Shown: positions 29,666-39,540, counted from the first letter of the stretch. The stretch: 64,000 bases of DNA from an uncultured delta proteobacterium (GCA_963775425.1 CAVZJB010000006.1:184795-248794); one strand, 5' to 3'. Made by a program: numbers and translations. The notes: generated from the sequence alone by a model not told the origin.

Positions 29666-32308
29666 CTACTTGACCGCCCGCCGTCTTCTTCGCAGCGCCA
29701 GGGCGACGAGCAGCGCCCCTCCCGCGACGCCCTCGGCGGGCACCCGCGACGACGTCGACGAGGTGCACGAGCAGTTGTCGACGAGCCCCACGTTCACCTT
29801 CAGGAGGGTCCCGCGCCCCGTCTCGAGCTGAAGCACGCCCGCCGGCGGGGCGTCCGACGCGGCGGCGGCGCCGGCAGGGTCCGGCGGCGTGAAGCGCACG
29901 ATCAGGATGATGCTGTCCCCCGGCTGCAGCGCGAGCTTCGACTGCAGGATGGGATCGACGGAGAAGCCCTGCGACGCGCCCTTGTGCATGATCGGCGAGA
30001 AGAGCTGCACCGGGCACGCGCTGGCGTTTTCGACCTTCAAGGACGCCGACGACGCCTGACCGGTGTCCGGCAGCAACAGCGCGCTCGGAGACGTCTTCAA
30101 TGACTCCACGCAGGCGTCGCCCTCGCCCTCGCCCTCTCCTTCGGCGCCGCCGTCGCCGTTGTCGGTGATGGTGAAGCGGACGGGCGCGATGCCGGTGACG
30201 TGGTAGGGGCAGTCGGCGCCGCCGCAGTCGGGCAGCGCGAAGTCGAACGTCTCCGGGCCCTCCTCGACGGCGTCGTTCACGCCGACCACGTCGAGCGAGA
30301 GGACGCCGCGCCGCAGGTCGGGCACCACGTCGCTGTCGATCTCGTTCAACACCTGGATGCCGCGAAGGCGATCGAGGATGTGGTAGTCGACGCCGACGTC
30401 TGCGATGCCGTCGCCGGGCGGCGAGAGCGAGGCCGACACGAACACCCGCGCGTACGTCCCGAACGACTCGCTCTGGCAGATGTCCACGGGGCTCTCCAGG
30501 AACGTGGACGCCGACGACGTCACCGCCGCGCCTACGAAGTCGCCGTCGCCGGTGGGGCCGGGGCCCGAGGCGAAGCCCCACCAGTTGCCCGACGCGTCCA
30601 CCGCACCGCTGTTCTTCACGTCGACGGCGGGGGCGCCGTTGCCCATGATGCAGTTGTTGTGCAGCGCGACCGCGCCGGCGCCGTCGACGACGACGGCGGA
30701 GCCGCTGCCGGCGAGCTTCAGGTCGATCGACCCCACCGTCTGGCCGAGCTCGTCGACGCCGGGGGACGCGGCGGTCAGCGTGATGTTCGGTCGCGAGAGG
30801 TTGTTCTTGATGTTGTTGTGCGAGATGTCGGCGTCCGGCGCGGCGCCGTTTCTGTCGACGAGGTCGCGCACGAGGACGGCGGCGCCCGCGCCGTTGGCCT
30901 CGTTGGCCACGAAGGTGTTGTCCGTGAGCGCGAGCGTGGCGCCGACGTGGAGGACGGCGCCGCCGTCGCCGTGGGTGGTGTTGCTGTCGAAGCGCGCGCC
31001 CGCGATGCGCACGGCGTCGCTGGGCGGCTCGTCGAGCACGGCCACCGCGCCGCCGCCGGCCGGCGCGAAATTCCCCTGGTAGGTGCCGCCCTGGATGCTC
31101 AGGCTGCGCGAGAGCACCGCGCCGCCGACGCTGGCGCCGTCGCGGGCGACGTTGCCGGTGAAGGTGTCGTTGAGGAGCGTGGTCCTGGCGAGCGAGCGGA
31201 CGCCGCCGGTGACGTCGCCGCGGCCGTTTTCGACGACGGCGGTGTTGATGCCGAGCGTCACGGGCACGAGGGTGCCCGTGCCGTCGTCGCGCGTGGCGGC
31301 GGTGGCGTCGACGGCGCCCACGGGCCCGCCGCGGTTGTGGGTGAAGCCCGTGCCGCCGGCGATGAGGGTGTCGGTGGCCGTGGAGATGCCGCCGACACCT
31401 GTGTCGCTCGTGTTCTCGGTGAGCGCGCCGCCGGTGATGCGGAGGGAGCCGCCGGAGGCGACGAGGACGCCGGCGGTGCCGCCGCTGTTGGAGTCGAAGG
31501 TGGCGTCGGTGATGGTGGTGTTGGTGGAGACGGACAGGACGCCCGCCTCGTCGCCGGAGTTGTCGCTGAAGTCGCCGCCGGTGATGGTGAGCGAGGTGGC
31601 CGACGAGGTCACGCAGCCCGCGGCGTGCCCGTGGTTGGCGTCGAAGGTGCAGTTCTGCAGCAAGGCGTCGCCGCCGGCGAGCGAGAGCACGCCGTCGCCG
31701 ACGGCGTCGTCGTCGCCGCTGGAGGTGAAGTGGACGTTGGCGGCGGTGAAGGTGGACAAGAGTCCACCGGTGGTGGCGACGTCGGTGACGTGAACGGCCC
31801 CGCCGCCGATGACGTCACCCGCCGCGTTGGCGCCGGGGCGCGCGTCGACCACGGTGAGCGACTCGAGCCGGAGATCGGGCTGGACGTCGAGCACCGGGTC
31901 GGGCCGCACGAGGAACATGCGCACGTTGTCGTTGTCGTCGAGGGTCGCCAGCCCGACCGCGTTTCCCTTGATGGTGATGGGCGTGGTGACGACGGGCAGG
32001 GCGACGGGGCCGAAGTCGGGATCGGTGAGCGCCGGGGTGTCGAACGCGATGACGGTCTCGCCTTCGTTGCCGTCGGGGTTGGCGGAGCCGATGACGATGA
32101 CGTCGCGCGCGGCGTCGGCGTTGGCGGCGGTGATGGCGGCGGCGAGGGACGCGGCGTCGACGGCCTCGCGCACGCAGATGGCGTTCGCGATGCGGCAGAC
32201 GGCGGGGGCGGTGCAGTCCGCGTCGGTGGTGCAGGCGCCGCTCTCGGCGCGCGCGGCCCCCGAGGCCAGCGAGGCGGTCACGGCGACGACGGCGGCGAGG
32301 GTGCGCAT
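29666..32308 (-). CDS. Large surface protein with Pmp-like beta-helix, short EG tract, Ig-like domain and MYXO-CTERM-like tail
   Basis: Signal peptide, FxxN/GGA repeats, GEGEGEG, C-terminal CSC-linker-TM-RRRRR. Confidence 0.78.
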   Translation of the reverse strand: MRTLAAVVAVTASLASGAARAESGACTTDADCTAPAVCRIANAICVREAVDAASLAAAITAANADAARDVIVIGSANPDGNEGETVIAFDTPALTDPDFGPVALPVVTTPITIKGNAVGLATLDDNDNVRMFLVRPDPVLDVQPDLRLESLTVVDARPGANAAGDVIGGGAVHVTDVATTGGLLSTFTAANVHFTSSGDDDAVGDGVLSLAGGDALLQNCTFDANHGHAAGCVTSSATSLTITGGDFSDNSGDEAGVLSVSTNTTITDATFDSNSGGTAGVLVASGGSLRITGGALTENTSDTGVGGISTATDTLIAGGTGFTHNRGGPVGAVDATAATRDDGTGTLVPVTLGINTAVVENGRGDVTGGVRSLARTTLLNDTFTGNVARDGASVGGAVLSRSLSIQGGTYQGNFAPAGGGAVAVLDEPPSDAVRIAGARFDSNTTHGDGGAVLHVGATLALTDNTFVANEANGAGAAVLVRDLVDRNGAAPDADISHNNIKNNLSRPNITLTAASPGVDELGQTVGSIDLKLAGSGSAVVVDGAGAVALHNNCIMGNGAPAVDVKNSGAVDASGNWWGFASGPGPTGDGDFVGAAVTSSASTFLESPVDICQSESFGTYARVFVSASLSPPGDGIADVGVDYHILDRLRGIQVLNEIDSDVVPDLRRGVLSLDVVGVNDAVEEGPETFDFALPDCGGADCPYHVTGIAPVRFTITDNGDGGAEGEGEGEGDACVESLKTSPSALLLPDTGQASSASLKVENASACPVQLFSPIMHKGASQGFSVDPILQSKLALQPGDSIILIVRFTPPDPAGAAAASDAPPAGVLQLETGRGTLLKVNVGLVDNCSCTSSTSSRVPAEGVAGGALLVALALRRRRRAVK

Positions 32309-32426
32309 GGGGGCGAGCGTACCACCGGGCGCCCGGCCGCCGCCGTCTGCGACATCCGCGCACGTCGTCGCCGACCCTGGGCCGACGACAACGGCGGCGA
32401 CCACGCGCGCCGCAGGCGAAAGCGCA

Positions 32427-33824
32427 TCAGGGCCAGAGGCGCTCGAGCGTGCGCGCGAACGGGATGGTCTCGCGCACGTGGTGCAGGCCGCAGAGCCACG
32501 TGACGGTGCGCTCGACGCCGAGGCCGAAGCCCGCGTGCGGCACCGAGCCGTACTTGCGGAGGTCGAGGTACCAGGTGAACGACTCGGGGTTGAGCTGGTG
32601 GCGATCGATCTCCTTGAGCAGCAGCTCGAGGTCGTCCTCGCGCTGCCCGCCGCCGACGATCTCGCCGTAGCCCTCGGGGGCGAGCACGTCGAAGCCGAGG
32701 GCGACCTCGGGGCGGGCGGGATCCTTCTTCATGTAGAAGGCCTTCACCGCGGCGGGGAAGCCGTAGACCATGATGGGGCGGTCGTAGCGCTTGGTGAGCT
32801 CGGTCTCGTGGGGCGAGCCGAAGTCCATGCCCCACGTGATCTCGAGGAGCTTGCGCTGCTCGTCGTGCTCCGGCCCCTCGGGGACCTCGTCGCGGATGGC
32901 CTTCAGTTGCGCGAGGGCCTCGTCGTACGAGATGCGCGGAAAGGGCTTCTTCACCGCCGCGATGAGCTCGAGGTGCGCGGTCATGGCCGCCTTCTCCTCG
33001 GCGTGCTGCGGGATGTTGTCGAGGATCTCGTCGCGGTGCTTGTCGAGGACGCGCTCGACGATGGTGCACAGGAAGTCCTCGGCGAGGTCCATGTCCTGGT
33101 CCATGTCCATGAACGCAGCCTCGGGCTCCACCATCCAGAACTCGTTCAGGTGCCGGCGCGTCTTGCTCTTCTCCGCGCGGAACGCGGGCCCGAAGCAGTA
33201 CGTCTTGCCGAACGCGAGCGCGGTGGCCTCCTGATAGAGCTGGCCCGACTGCGACAGGTACGCGTCGCTACCGTCGAACCACTCCGTCTTGAACAGGGTG
33301 GTGGTCCCCTCGCAGGCGTTGCCCGTGAAGATGGGGCTGTCGACGAGGAGGAAGCCGTGGTCGTCGAGGTAGTCGCGGATGGCCTTCACCACCGTGGCGC
33401 GCACGCGCAGCACGGTGAACTGCCGGCGATCGCGCATCCACAGGTGCCGATGATCCATGAGGAAGCCGGGATCGTGGTCGTCCCCGCCGCCCTTGCCCTT
33501 CTTCTGGATCGGGTACTCCTGCGCCGTGCTGACGACCTTCACCGCCTTCACCTGCAATTCCATCTTGCAGTACGGCGCGCGCTCGTCGGCGCGGAGGGTG
33601 CCGGTGACCTCGAGCGCGCTCTCGGCGCCGAGGTGCTTGCAGGACTCGAACGTGGCCTCGTCGACGTCCTGCACCCCCATCACGCACTGCATGAAGCCGC
33701 TGCCGTCGCGCATGTGGAGGAACTGAACCTTGCCCGAGCCGCGGCGGTTGGCGAGCCAGCCCTTGAGGGTGACCTCCTCGCCCACGTGCTTGCCCGCGTC
33801 GCCGATGTGAACCCACGTCCCCAT
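32427..33824 (-). CDS. asnS: Asparagine--tRNA ligase
   Basis: OB-fold N-terminus, ACEGTTTLF, YLSQSGQLY, FRAEKSKTRRHLNEFWMVEPE, YGSVPHAGFGLGVER. Confidence 0.96.
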   Translation of the reverse strand: MGTWVHIGDAGKHVGEEVTLKGWLANRRGSGKVQFLHMRDGSGFMQCVMGVQDVDEATFESCKHLGAESALEVTGTLRADERAPYCKMELQVKAVKVVSTAQEYPIQKKGKGGGDDHDPGFLMDHRHLWMRDRRQFTVLRVRATVVKAIRDYLDDHGFLLVDSPIFTGNACEGTTTLFKTEWFDGSDAYLSQSGQLYQEATALAFGKTYCFGPAFRAEKSKTRRHLNEFWMVEPEAAFMDMDQDMDLAEDFLCTIVERVLDKHRDEILDNIPQHAEEKAAMTAHLELIAAVKKPFPRISYDEALAQLKAIRDEVPEGPEHDEQRKLLEITWGMDFGSPHETELTKRYDRPIMVYGFPAAVKAFYMKKDPARPEVALGFDVLAPEGYGEIVGGGQREDDLELLLKEIDRHQLNPESFTWYLDLRKYGSVPHAGFGLGVERTVTWLCGLHHVRETIPFARTLERLWP

Positions 33825-33962
33825 GCCGTCCTCCGTCGACGACGGTGCTAGGGAAACCGCACCCGCGCGTCAATTGCACCCCTGTGGCGCCCGCGGAATC
33901 CGCCGGCGCCCGTACACCGTTTGGCCGATGCGCCTTCGGCCGGGGCGTCGCACCGTCGGCCC

Positions 33963-34973
33963 ATGCGCGTTTCCCTCGGCCTCGCCGCCCTCGCGTCCGC
34001 CGCGCTCGCCGCGTGCGGCGTCGACCCCGCGTCGACGCCGCCGCCGTACGTCGAGGGCCCGCCGGCGTCCCCGGGCCCCATCGTCCCCCGCGCGCCCGTC
34101 GAGCTCGCGCCCCCCGCGCCTGCCGCCGACCCGCCCGCCGCAGACCCGCCCGCCGCAGACCCGCCCGCGGACGACCCGCCCCCGGATGACCCGCCCGCCG
34201 ACGACCCGCCCCCGGATCCGACCGCCGGCTGCGCGCAGGTCCGCGTCGTCAACACCGCCGGCGCCACGCTCAACGTGCGGCCCGATGCCTCGACGGCAGG
34301 GGCGCCGGTCGGCGCGCTCGCGGCGGGGCAGGTGGTGGACACCGTGGACGTCGTCGACGGCGAGGACGTCGACGGGGTGACCACGTGGTACGAGATCGAC
34401 GACGGCGCCGGCCTCGGCGGCTTCGTCTCCGGCGCGTTCGCCGCCTGCGTCGACCGGAGCGCGCCGCCGCCCGCGGGCGGCATCCTGCTGCCGCTTCAGT
34501 GCGGGACCACGGCCACAGTCACGCAGGGGAACAACACGACCTTCAGCCACAACGGCAAGGGCGCCTTCGCGTTCGACTTCGGCCTCGCGCGCCACACACC
34601 GCTCGTCGCCGTCGCCGCCGGCACCGTCATCGCCGCCAACGGCTCCGTCCACGAGGGCGACCCCTGCTGGAGCGGCGGCGGCCAGGAGTGCGCCAACACC
34701 GTCAACTACGTCCTCGTCCAGCACGACGACGGCACCGCGAGCCTCTACATGCACCTCGACGCGCCGAGCGTCTCCGTCGGCGACGTCGTGGCGCGTGGCC
34801 AGCAGGTGGGCCTTTCGGGCGGCACCGGCTGGTCCACCGGGCCGCACGCCCACGTCCAGCGCCAGGAGCTGTGCGGCTCGTGGTGGTGCCAGAGCGTCGA
34901 GACCCGCTTCGCCGACGTCGACGGCGGCGTCCCGCAGACGGGCGACGTCGTCACTTCGCAGAACTGCCCCTGA
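33963..34973 (+). CDS. Lipoprotein with SH3b-like domain and M23 peptidase
   Basis: LAAC lipobox, LNVR..., HNGKGAFAFD (HxxxD-like), YMHL, STGPHAH (HxH). Confidence 0.87.
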   Translation: MRVSLGLAALASAALAACGVDPASTPPPYVEGPPASPGPIVPRAPVELAPPAPAADPPAADPPAADPPADDPPPDDPPADDPPPDPTAGCAQVRVVNTAGATLNVRPDASTAGAPVGALAAGQVVDTVDVVDGEDVDGVTTWYEIDDGAGLGGFVSGAFAACVDRSAPPPAGGILLPLQCGTTATVTQGNNTTFSHNGKGAFAFDFGLARHTPLVAVAAGTVIAANGSVHEGDPCWSGGGQECANTVNYVLVQHDDGTASLYMHLDAPSVSVGDVVARGQQVGLSGGTGWSTGPHAHVQRQELCGSWWCQSVETRFADVDGGVPQTGDVVTSQNCP

Positions 34974-35012
34974 ACCCGCGCCAACCGCCGCACGATGTGC
35001 TAGCGGCGGCCC

Positions 35013-36251
35013 ATGCGCCTTGCTCCCGCAGTCGTTGTCGCCGTCGCCGTCGCCGCCGCCTCCTCGGGGGCGCGCGCCGCCGATGCCCCCCAACCCGAAG
35101 CAGCGCCCGCACCGCCGCCCGCCGATGCCCCGCCCGCCGCAGCCCCGCCCGCCGCAGCCCCGTCGCCTGACGCGTGCCCGGCGCGCGACGTCTGGCCCGC
35201 GCCGGACTGGCCGTCCCGCGCCGACGACGTCCGCAAAGAGCGCGCCGCCGAGATCGCCGCGCTCGAGAAGTATGCGTTCACGCTCGAGGGCAAAGACGCC
35301 GACCGCAAAGGCGTGCGCACCGACGCCCTCCTCATCGTGCAAGGCGGCGCCGTCGTCTACGAGCGCTACGCGCGCGGGTTCACGGCGCTGAAGCGGCACC
35401 TCGCCTGGAGCGCGAGCAAGAGCCTCACGCACGCCCTCACCGGCGTCGCGGTGAGAGACGGGCTGCTGTCGACGAGCGACTCCATCTGCAAGAGCCTCAA
35501 GGACCTCCCCGCGACAAGCTGCGCCATCACCGTCGACGACCTCCTCGAGATGGCCTCCGGCCTCGACTGGAAGGAGGTCTACGAAAACCAGTCCAACCAG
35601 GAGTCATCGGTGCTCGCCATGCTCTACGGCCAGGGCTACGGCGACATGGGCGGCTTCAACGCACGTCACGCGCTTCGCGAGCCGCCGGGCACGAGCTGGA
35701 TGTACTCGTCCGGTGACACCAACACGCTCGCCGACGTGCTCGGCGCCGTCATGCTGAAGAAGTTCGGGCCCCTGTACCCGTGGCCGGCGCTCTTCGATCG
35801 CATCGGCGCCCGGCGCGTCGCCTTCGAGCGCGACGGCTCGGGAGCGTTCGTCGGCGCTTCGTACTGGTACGCGAGCGCGCGTGACGCCGCCCGCCTCGGC
35901 TACCTCTACCTGAACGACGGCTGCTGGAAGGGCGCGCGCCTGCTGCCGGCGGGCTGGGTCAAGGACGCCACCACCGTCAGCCCCGCGTTCAAGAACAAGC
36001 GCATCGACGCAGACCCCGACGACGTCTACGGCAAGCTCTGGTGGCTCAACAAGGCCGTCCCCGAGGCCGGCATCAAGCAGCCGTACCCCGACGTCCCCGA
36101 CGACTTCTTCGCCGCCCAGGGACACTGGGGCCAGAGCATCAACGTCATCCCCTCGCTCGACCTCGTCATCGTGCGCTTCGCCGACGACCGGGACCACAGC
36201 CTGGACAAAAACGAGCTCCTGAAGCTCGCCATCGCCGTGGGGCGCCCATGA
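35013..36251 (+). CDS. Serine hydrolase, beta-lactamase class C-like
   Basis: WSASKS (SxxK), LLEMASGL, YSSGDT, AQGHWGQ, IPSLDLVIVRF. Confidence 0.88.
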   Translation: MRLAPAVVVAVAVAAASSGARAADAPQPEAAPAPPPADAPPAAAPPAAAPSPDACPARDVWPAPDWPSRADDVRKERAAEIAALEKYAFTLEGKDADRKGVRTDALLIVQGGAVVYERYARGFTALKRHLAWSASKSLTHALTGVAVRDGLLSTSDSICKSLKDLPATSCAITVDDLLEMASGLDWKEVYENQSNQESSVLAMLYGQGYGDMGGFNARHALREPPGTSWMYSSGDTNTLADVLGAVMLKKFGPLYPWPALFDRIGARRVAFERDGSGAFVGASYWYASARDAARLGYLYLNDGCWKGARLLPAGWVKDATTVSPAFKNKRIDADPDDVYGKLWWLNKAVPEAGIKQPYPDVPDDFFAAQGHWGQSINVIPSLDLVIVRFADDRDHSLDKNELLKLAIAVGRP

Positions 36252-36607
36252 GCCGCGCCGCCTTCGCCGTCCTGCTCGTCACCCTCGTCGCCGGCGCGTG
36301 CGCCACGGTGCCGCACCCCGAGGGCCCGCCCACGCGGCCGTACGCCACCGGCGACCTCACGTTGCTCGTGCATTACACCGCCAAGGAGACGTGCTCGTGC
36401 CTCTACGTGCAGGAGATGCCCGAGGACTTCTGCCGCGCGTACACCAAGGCCAAGCCCGCGGTGGCGTCGTTCGAGGTGAACGACAAGGACCACTCCGTCA
36501 CCGCGAGCGCGCTCGGCTTGTGGTCCGCGCGGGCGCACTTCGTCGACGACAAGACCGGCTGCGTCCTCGAATCCTTGATCAGCGCAGCCGCTCGCGCCGG
36601 TCGCTGA
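36248..36607 (+). CDS. Small lipoprotein coupled to the serine hydrolase
   Basis: VAGAC lipobox, YTAKETCSCLYV, GCVL; ATGA overlap. Confidence 0.7.
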   Translation: MSRAAFAVLLVTLVAGACATVPHPEGPPTRPYATGDLTLLVHYTAKETCSCLYVQEMPEDFCRAYTKAKPAVASFEVNDKDHSVTASALGLWSARAHFVDDKTGCVLESLISAAARAGR

Positions 36608-37489
36608 TCAGAAGTCGAGGTGGATGTGGTCCGTCTCGAAGTTGCGCGTGCCGCCGTGGTTGTTGGCGATGCGCTCGATCTCGGCGGCGCTCAAGGTGCG
36701 GCCGTGGCTCGCGCTCAGGTGATCGTGCTGGTTCGGGCCGTTCACCGAGATGTCGACGGCGTGGCCGCTGTAGTGGTTGGAGTTGAACGAGTGCGTGCCG
36801 CCGGTGAGGGCGTTTATCTGGATGGTGCCGCGCTTGGACATCGCCACGAGCGACTGCATGAGCTTCAGGCTCGGCTTCACGTCGCTCGGCCCCGTGTGGT
36901 TCGTCGCGGAGACGTGGGCGGGGAGGCCGCGCGCGAGGCGCTCGAAATTCGCGCGCTCCGAGCCCGTCGACAGCCCCGTCCAGAACGTCACGTTCTTCGA
37001 GTGAAGCAGGAGCTTCGCGCAGCCGGCCACCGTCGAGGTGTCGCCGCCGGCGTGATGCACCGGCGCCGCGTCGTGGGCGCCCTTGGACTTGTCGAGCGCG
37101 CCGTGTGTCAACGGTCCGACGACGCCGTCCTGCGCGAGCTTGTGGTGCGCCTGGAAGGACCGCACGGCGGCCTCGGTCCTGGGGCCGAAGTCGCCGTCGA
37201 CGGCGAGGTGCGCGCCGTGTTGGTTGAGCTGCTGTTGCAGGTGGCTGACGGCCGCGCCCCGCGCGCCCCGGCGGAGGGTGGGCTCCATCTTCAGGGCGCG
37301 CCGCTGCATCACCTCGCGGCCGGCGGCCATGCGGCGCGACGACGACACGGTGGCGGCGTCGGCGCGCCGGCGCGCCGGGGCCTGCACGTGCGCCGGCGCG
37401 GGGCTCGGGTGGCTCGCGGGCGCGGTGACGCCGCCCATGGGGCGGGCGCGGGTGACGGGGTGCGAGGCGGTTTCGGCGGTGGGTGTCAC
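36608..37489 (-). CDS. Peptidoglycan-binding domain + M15-like zinc peptidase
   Basis: LRRGARGAAVSHLQQQL...DGDFGPRTEAAVRSFQ...DGVVGPLT; HSFNSNHYSGHAVDI and DHIHLDF. Confidence 0.8.
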   Translation of the reverse strand: MTPTAETASHPVTRARPMGGVTAPASHPSPAPAHVQAPARRRADAATVSSSRRMAAGREVMQRRALKMEPTLRRGARGAAVSHLQQQLNQHGAHLAVDGDFGPRTEAAVRSFQAHHKLAQDGVVGPLTHGALDKSKGAHDAAPVHHAGGDTSTVAGCAKLLLHSKNVTFWTGLSTGSERANFERLARGLPAHVSATNHTGPSDVKPSLKLMQSLVAMSKRGTIQINALTGGTHSFNSNHYSGHAVDISVNGPNQHDHLSASHGRTLSAAEIERIANNHGGTRNFETDHIHLDF

Positions 37490-37581
37490 GAGGGAGATAT
37501 CGGCGCACAGCGCGGCACCTCCGTCGGACGAACGGCCTAAGCCGTGGTCGAGCGTCGCACGGAGCGTCGTAGGCTTTCGGG

Positions 37582-38160
37582 ATGGTGCGCGCCGTCGTCG
37601 TCGCCGTCGCGATCGTCATCGCGATGGTCTTCCCGTTGCTCGGCGCCGCCTGCACGCCCGACGCAGGCGCGGCCGACGCCGGCGCCGGCTTCCGCGACGA
37701 CGCCGGCAACATCAACGGCACGCCCGGCGTCGACCGCGTCGCCGACACCTGCGATCGGGTGGACTTCGACCTGTCGCAGTGCGCCGGCGACCCCGACAGC
37801 TGCACCGCGGACAATCAATGCGGCGCCGGCCAGCGCTGCTTCCTTCACCAGCCGCACTGCGAGTGCCGCGCGGCGTGTGCCAGCGACGTCGACTGCGCCG
37901 CCGGCACCGCCTGCGCATGCGACCTCGACGCGTGCGTGCCCGCCGACTGCCGCAGCGGCGCCGACTGCGCCAGCGGCCACTGCGGCGTCGCCCGCAGCCC
38001 CGGCGGCTGCCGCGAGACCCTCGCGTTCAAGTGCCGCGTCGGCACCGACCCGTGCGACTCCGACGACGACTGCCCGGCGCCCGCCGTCGGCCACGCCGTC
38101 TGTGCGCCCGTCGACGCGGGCTTTGCCTGCGGCAACGTCTCCGGCGATCCGTGCAACTGA
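37582..38160 (+). CDS. Cysteine-rich lipoprotein
   Basis: LGAAC lipobox and repeated CxxDxDC motifs. Confidence 0.7.
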   Translation: MVRAVVVAVAIVIAMVFPLLGAACTPDAGAADAGAGFRDDAGNINGTPGVDRVADTCDRVDFDLSQCAGDPDSCTADNQCGAGQRCFLHQPHCECRAACASDVDCAAGTACACDLDACVPADCRSGADCASGHCGVARSPGGCRETLAFKCRVGTDPCDSDDDCPAPAVGHAVCAPVDAGFACGNVSGDPCN

Positions 38161-38205
38161 GTGACGTGACCGAGCGCCGGCCCTGAAAGACGTCCCTGAA
38201 AGACG

Positions 38206-38721
38206 TCAGCGGCGCGTGGGGCGGGGCGCGGGCTTCTTGTGTGCGGGGCGCGCCTTCAGGATGGCGTGCAGCGCCGACGACGTCGCCCGCGCCAACGCCA
38301 GCGCGCGCTTGCCGAGCGGGGTCTTGCCCTTGGGGTCGAGCTTGGTGGCGGCGACGAGGTCGTCGAGCGCCTTGTCGAGGCGCCCCTTGCGCAGCAGGAG
38401 GTCGGCGCGGTTGACGCGGGCGGTGAGGTTCCTGGGGTCGAGCTTGAGGGCCTTGTTGTAGTGCTTGAGCGCCTCGTCGTCCTTGCCCTGACGGCCTTCG
38501 ATGGCGCCGAGCAGCGCGTGGAAGTAGGCGTCCTTGGGGTTGGCGAGGATGAGGCCCTCGAGGATCTTGCGCGCGCGATCGACCTGGCCGTGCTCGAACC
38601 AGCGGTGGGCGACGAAGGCGATGCCGTACGCCTCCGTGCGCGTGAGGCCCATGGCCTCGGCCCACGTCATCTTTCCCTTCTGGACGTCGTCGAAGATGTC
38701 GGCGGTCGATCGCGTTGCCAT
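38206..38721 (-). CDS. TPR protein, SycD/LcrH-like (class II T3SS chaperone-like)
   Basis: 171 aa, TWAEAMGLT leader, three TPRs (ARKILEGLILANPKDAYFHALLG; ARVNRADLLL). Confidence 0.7.
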   Translation of the reverse strand: MATRSTADIFDDVQKGKMTWAEAMGLTRTEAYGIAFVAHRWFEHGQVDRARKILEGLILANPKDAYFHALLGAIEGRQGKDDEALKHYNKALKLDPRNLTARVNRADLLLRKGRLDKALDDLVAATKLDPKGKTPLGKRALALARATSSALHAILKARPAHKKPAPRPTRR

Positions 38722-38733
38722 CGCGCCGTTGTA

Positions 38734-39540
38734 CTACGCCTTGGCGTTCCTGATGGCGGTCATGCCCTCTTCGGTCATCGCGTTGATCGTGTTCGACATG
38801 GCGTCTTGCACCTGGGACATGCGCTGAATCTGCATCTTGAGGATCTCGAACTGCATGTCGCTGCTGCCGGCGTCGAGGTCGCTCTTGGCGCCCGTGAGGT
38901 CCGCGGCGCTCGGGCCCTGCGACGACGTCGCGGGCGCGTCACCGTTGGGCGCGCCGCCGGCGCCGTCGAGGCCGAAGCCCGTGCGCATCTGCGCCGTGAT
39001 GTGCGCGCGCGGCGTGACCTCCGGCGCGGGCGGCGTCTGCGGCGCGGGCGCGGCGGTCTGCGGCGGCGTCGCGTCCTGCGACGGCGGCGGCGTGGCGACG
39101 TGGTTGGCGCCGCCTTCGGGCGAGAACACGGGCGGGGGCTCGGGCTCGCAGGGCGGCGGCGGCGGGCAGTGGCAGCCGCAGAAGCCGGTGATCTTCTTGC
39201 CGCCCGCGCGGCTCGCCTTCTCGAGCTGCCCCTGCGGCCCGCCGATGGCCGGCGCCGGCGGAGGCTCGGGCGCGAAGCCCGCAAAGGGCTGCGAGTGGGT
39301 GAAGGCGTGGGCCGGATCTTCGATGGTGTGGACGTCGAGGCTCGCGGAGCCGGCGGCGGTGAACGACGCCATCGTCGCGGTCTGGCCCATCGACGACTGC
39401 ACGAGCGCGGCGTCGAGGGCGGAGAGCGCCGCGATCTTGCCGGTCTTGACGTCGACCATCTGCTCGGCGCGCCGCTGCAGCTCCGCCTCCGAGAGGCCGG
39501 TCATGTTCTTGAGGTGGTTCAGCGAGGGGGCGGTGGTCAT
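38734..39540 (-). CDS. Hypothetical Pro-rich protein with T3SS needle/translocator-like C-terminal helix
   Basis: No signal peptide; ends MQFEILKMQIQRMSQVQDAMSNTINAMTEEGMTAIRNAKA; directly upstream of the chaperone. Confidence 0.6.
   Translation of the reverse strand: MTTAPSLNHLKNMTGLSEAELQRRAEQMVDVKTGKIAALSALDAALVQSSMGQTATMASFTAAGSASLDVHTIEDPAHAFTHSQPFAGFAPEPPPAPAIGGPQGQLEKASRAGGKKITGFCGCHCPPPPPCEPEPPPVFSPEGGANHVATPPPSQDATPPQTAAPAPQTPPAPEVTPRAHITAQMRTGFGLDGAGGAPNGDAPATSSQGPSAADLTGAKSDLDAGSSDMQFEILKMQIQRMSQVQDAMSNTINAMTEEGMTAIRNAKA

Noticed and set aside
38181-38206. 13-bp direct repeat CCCTGAAAGACGT x2
   Set aside because: Short duplication between convergent genes with no evidence of function.
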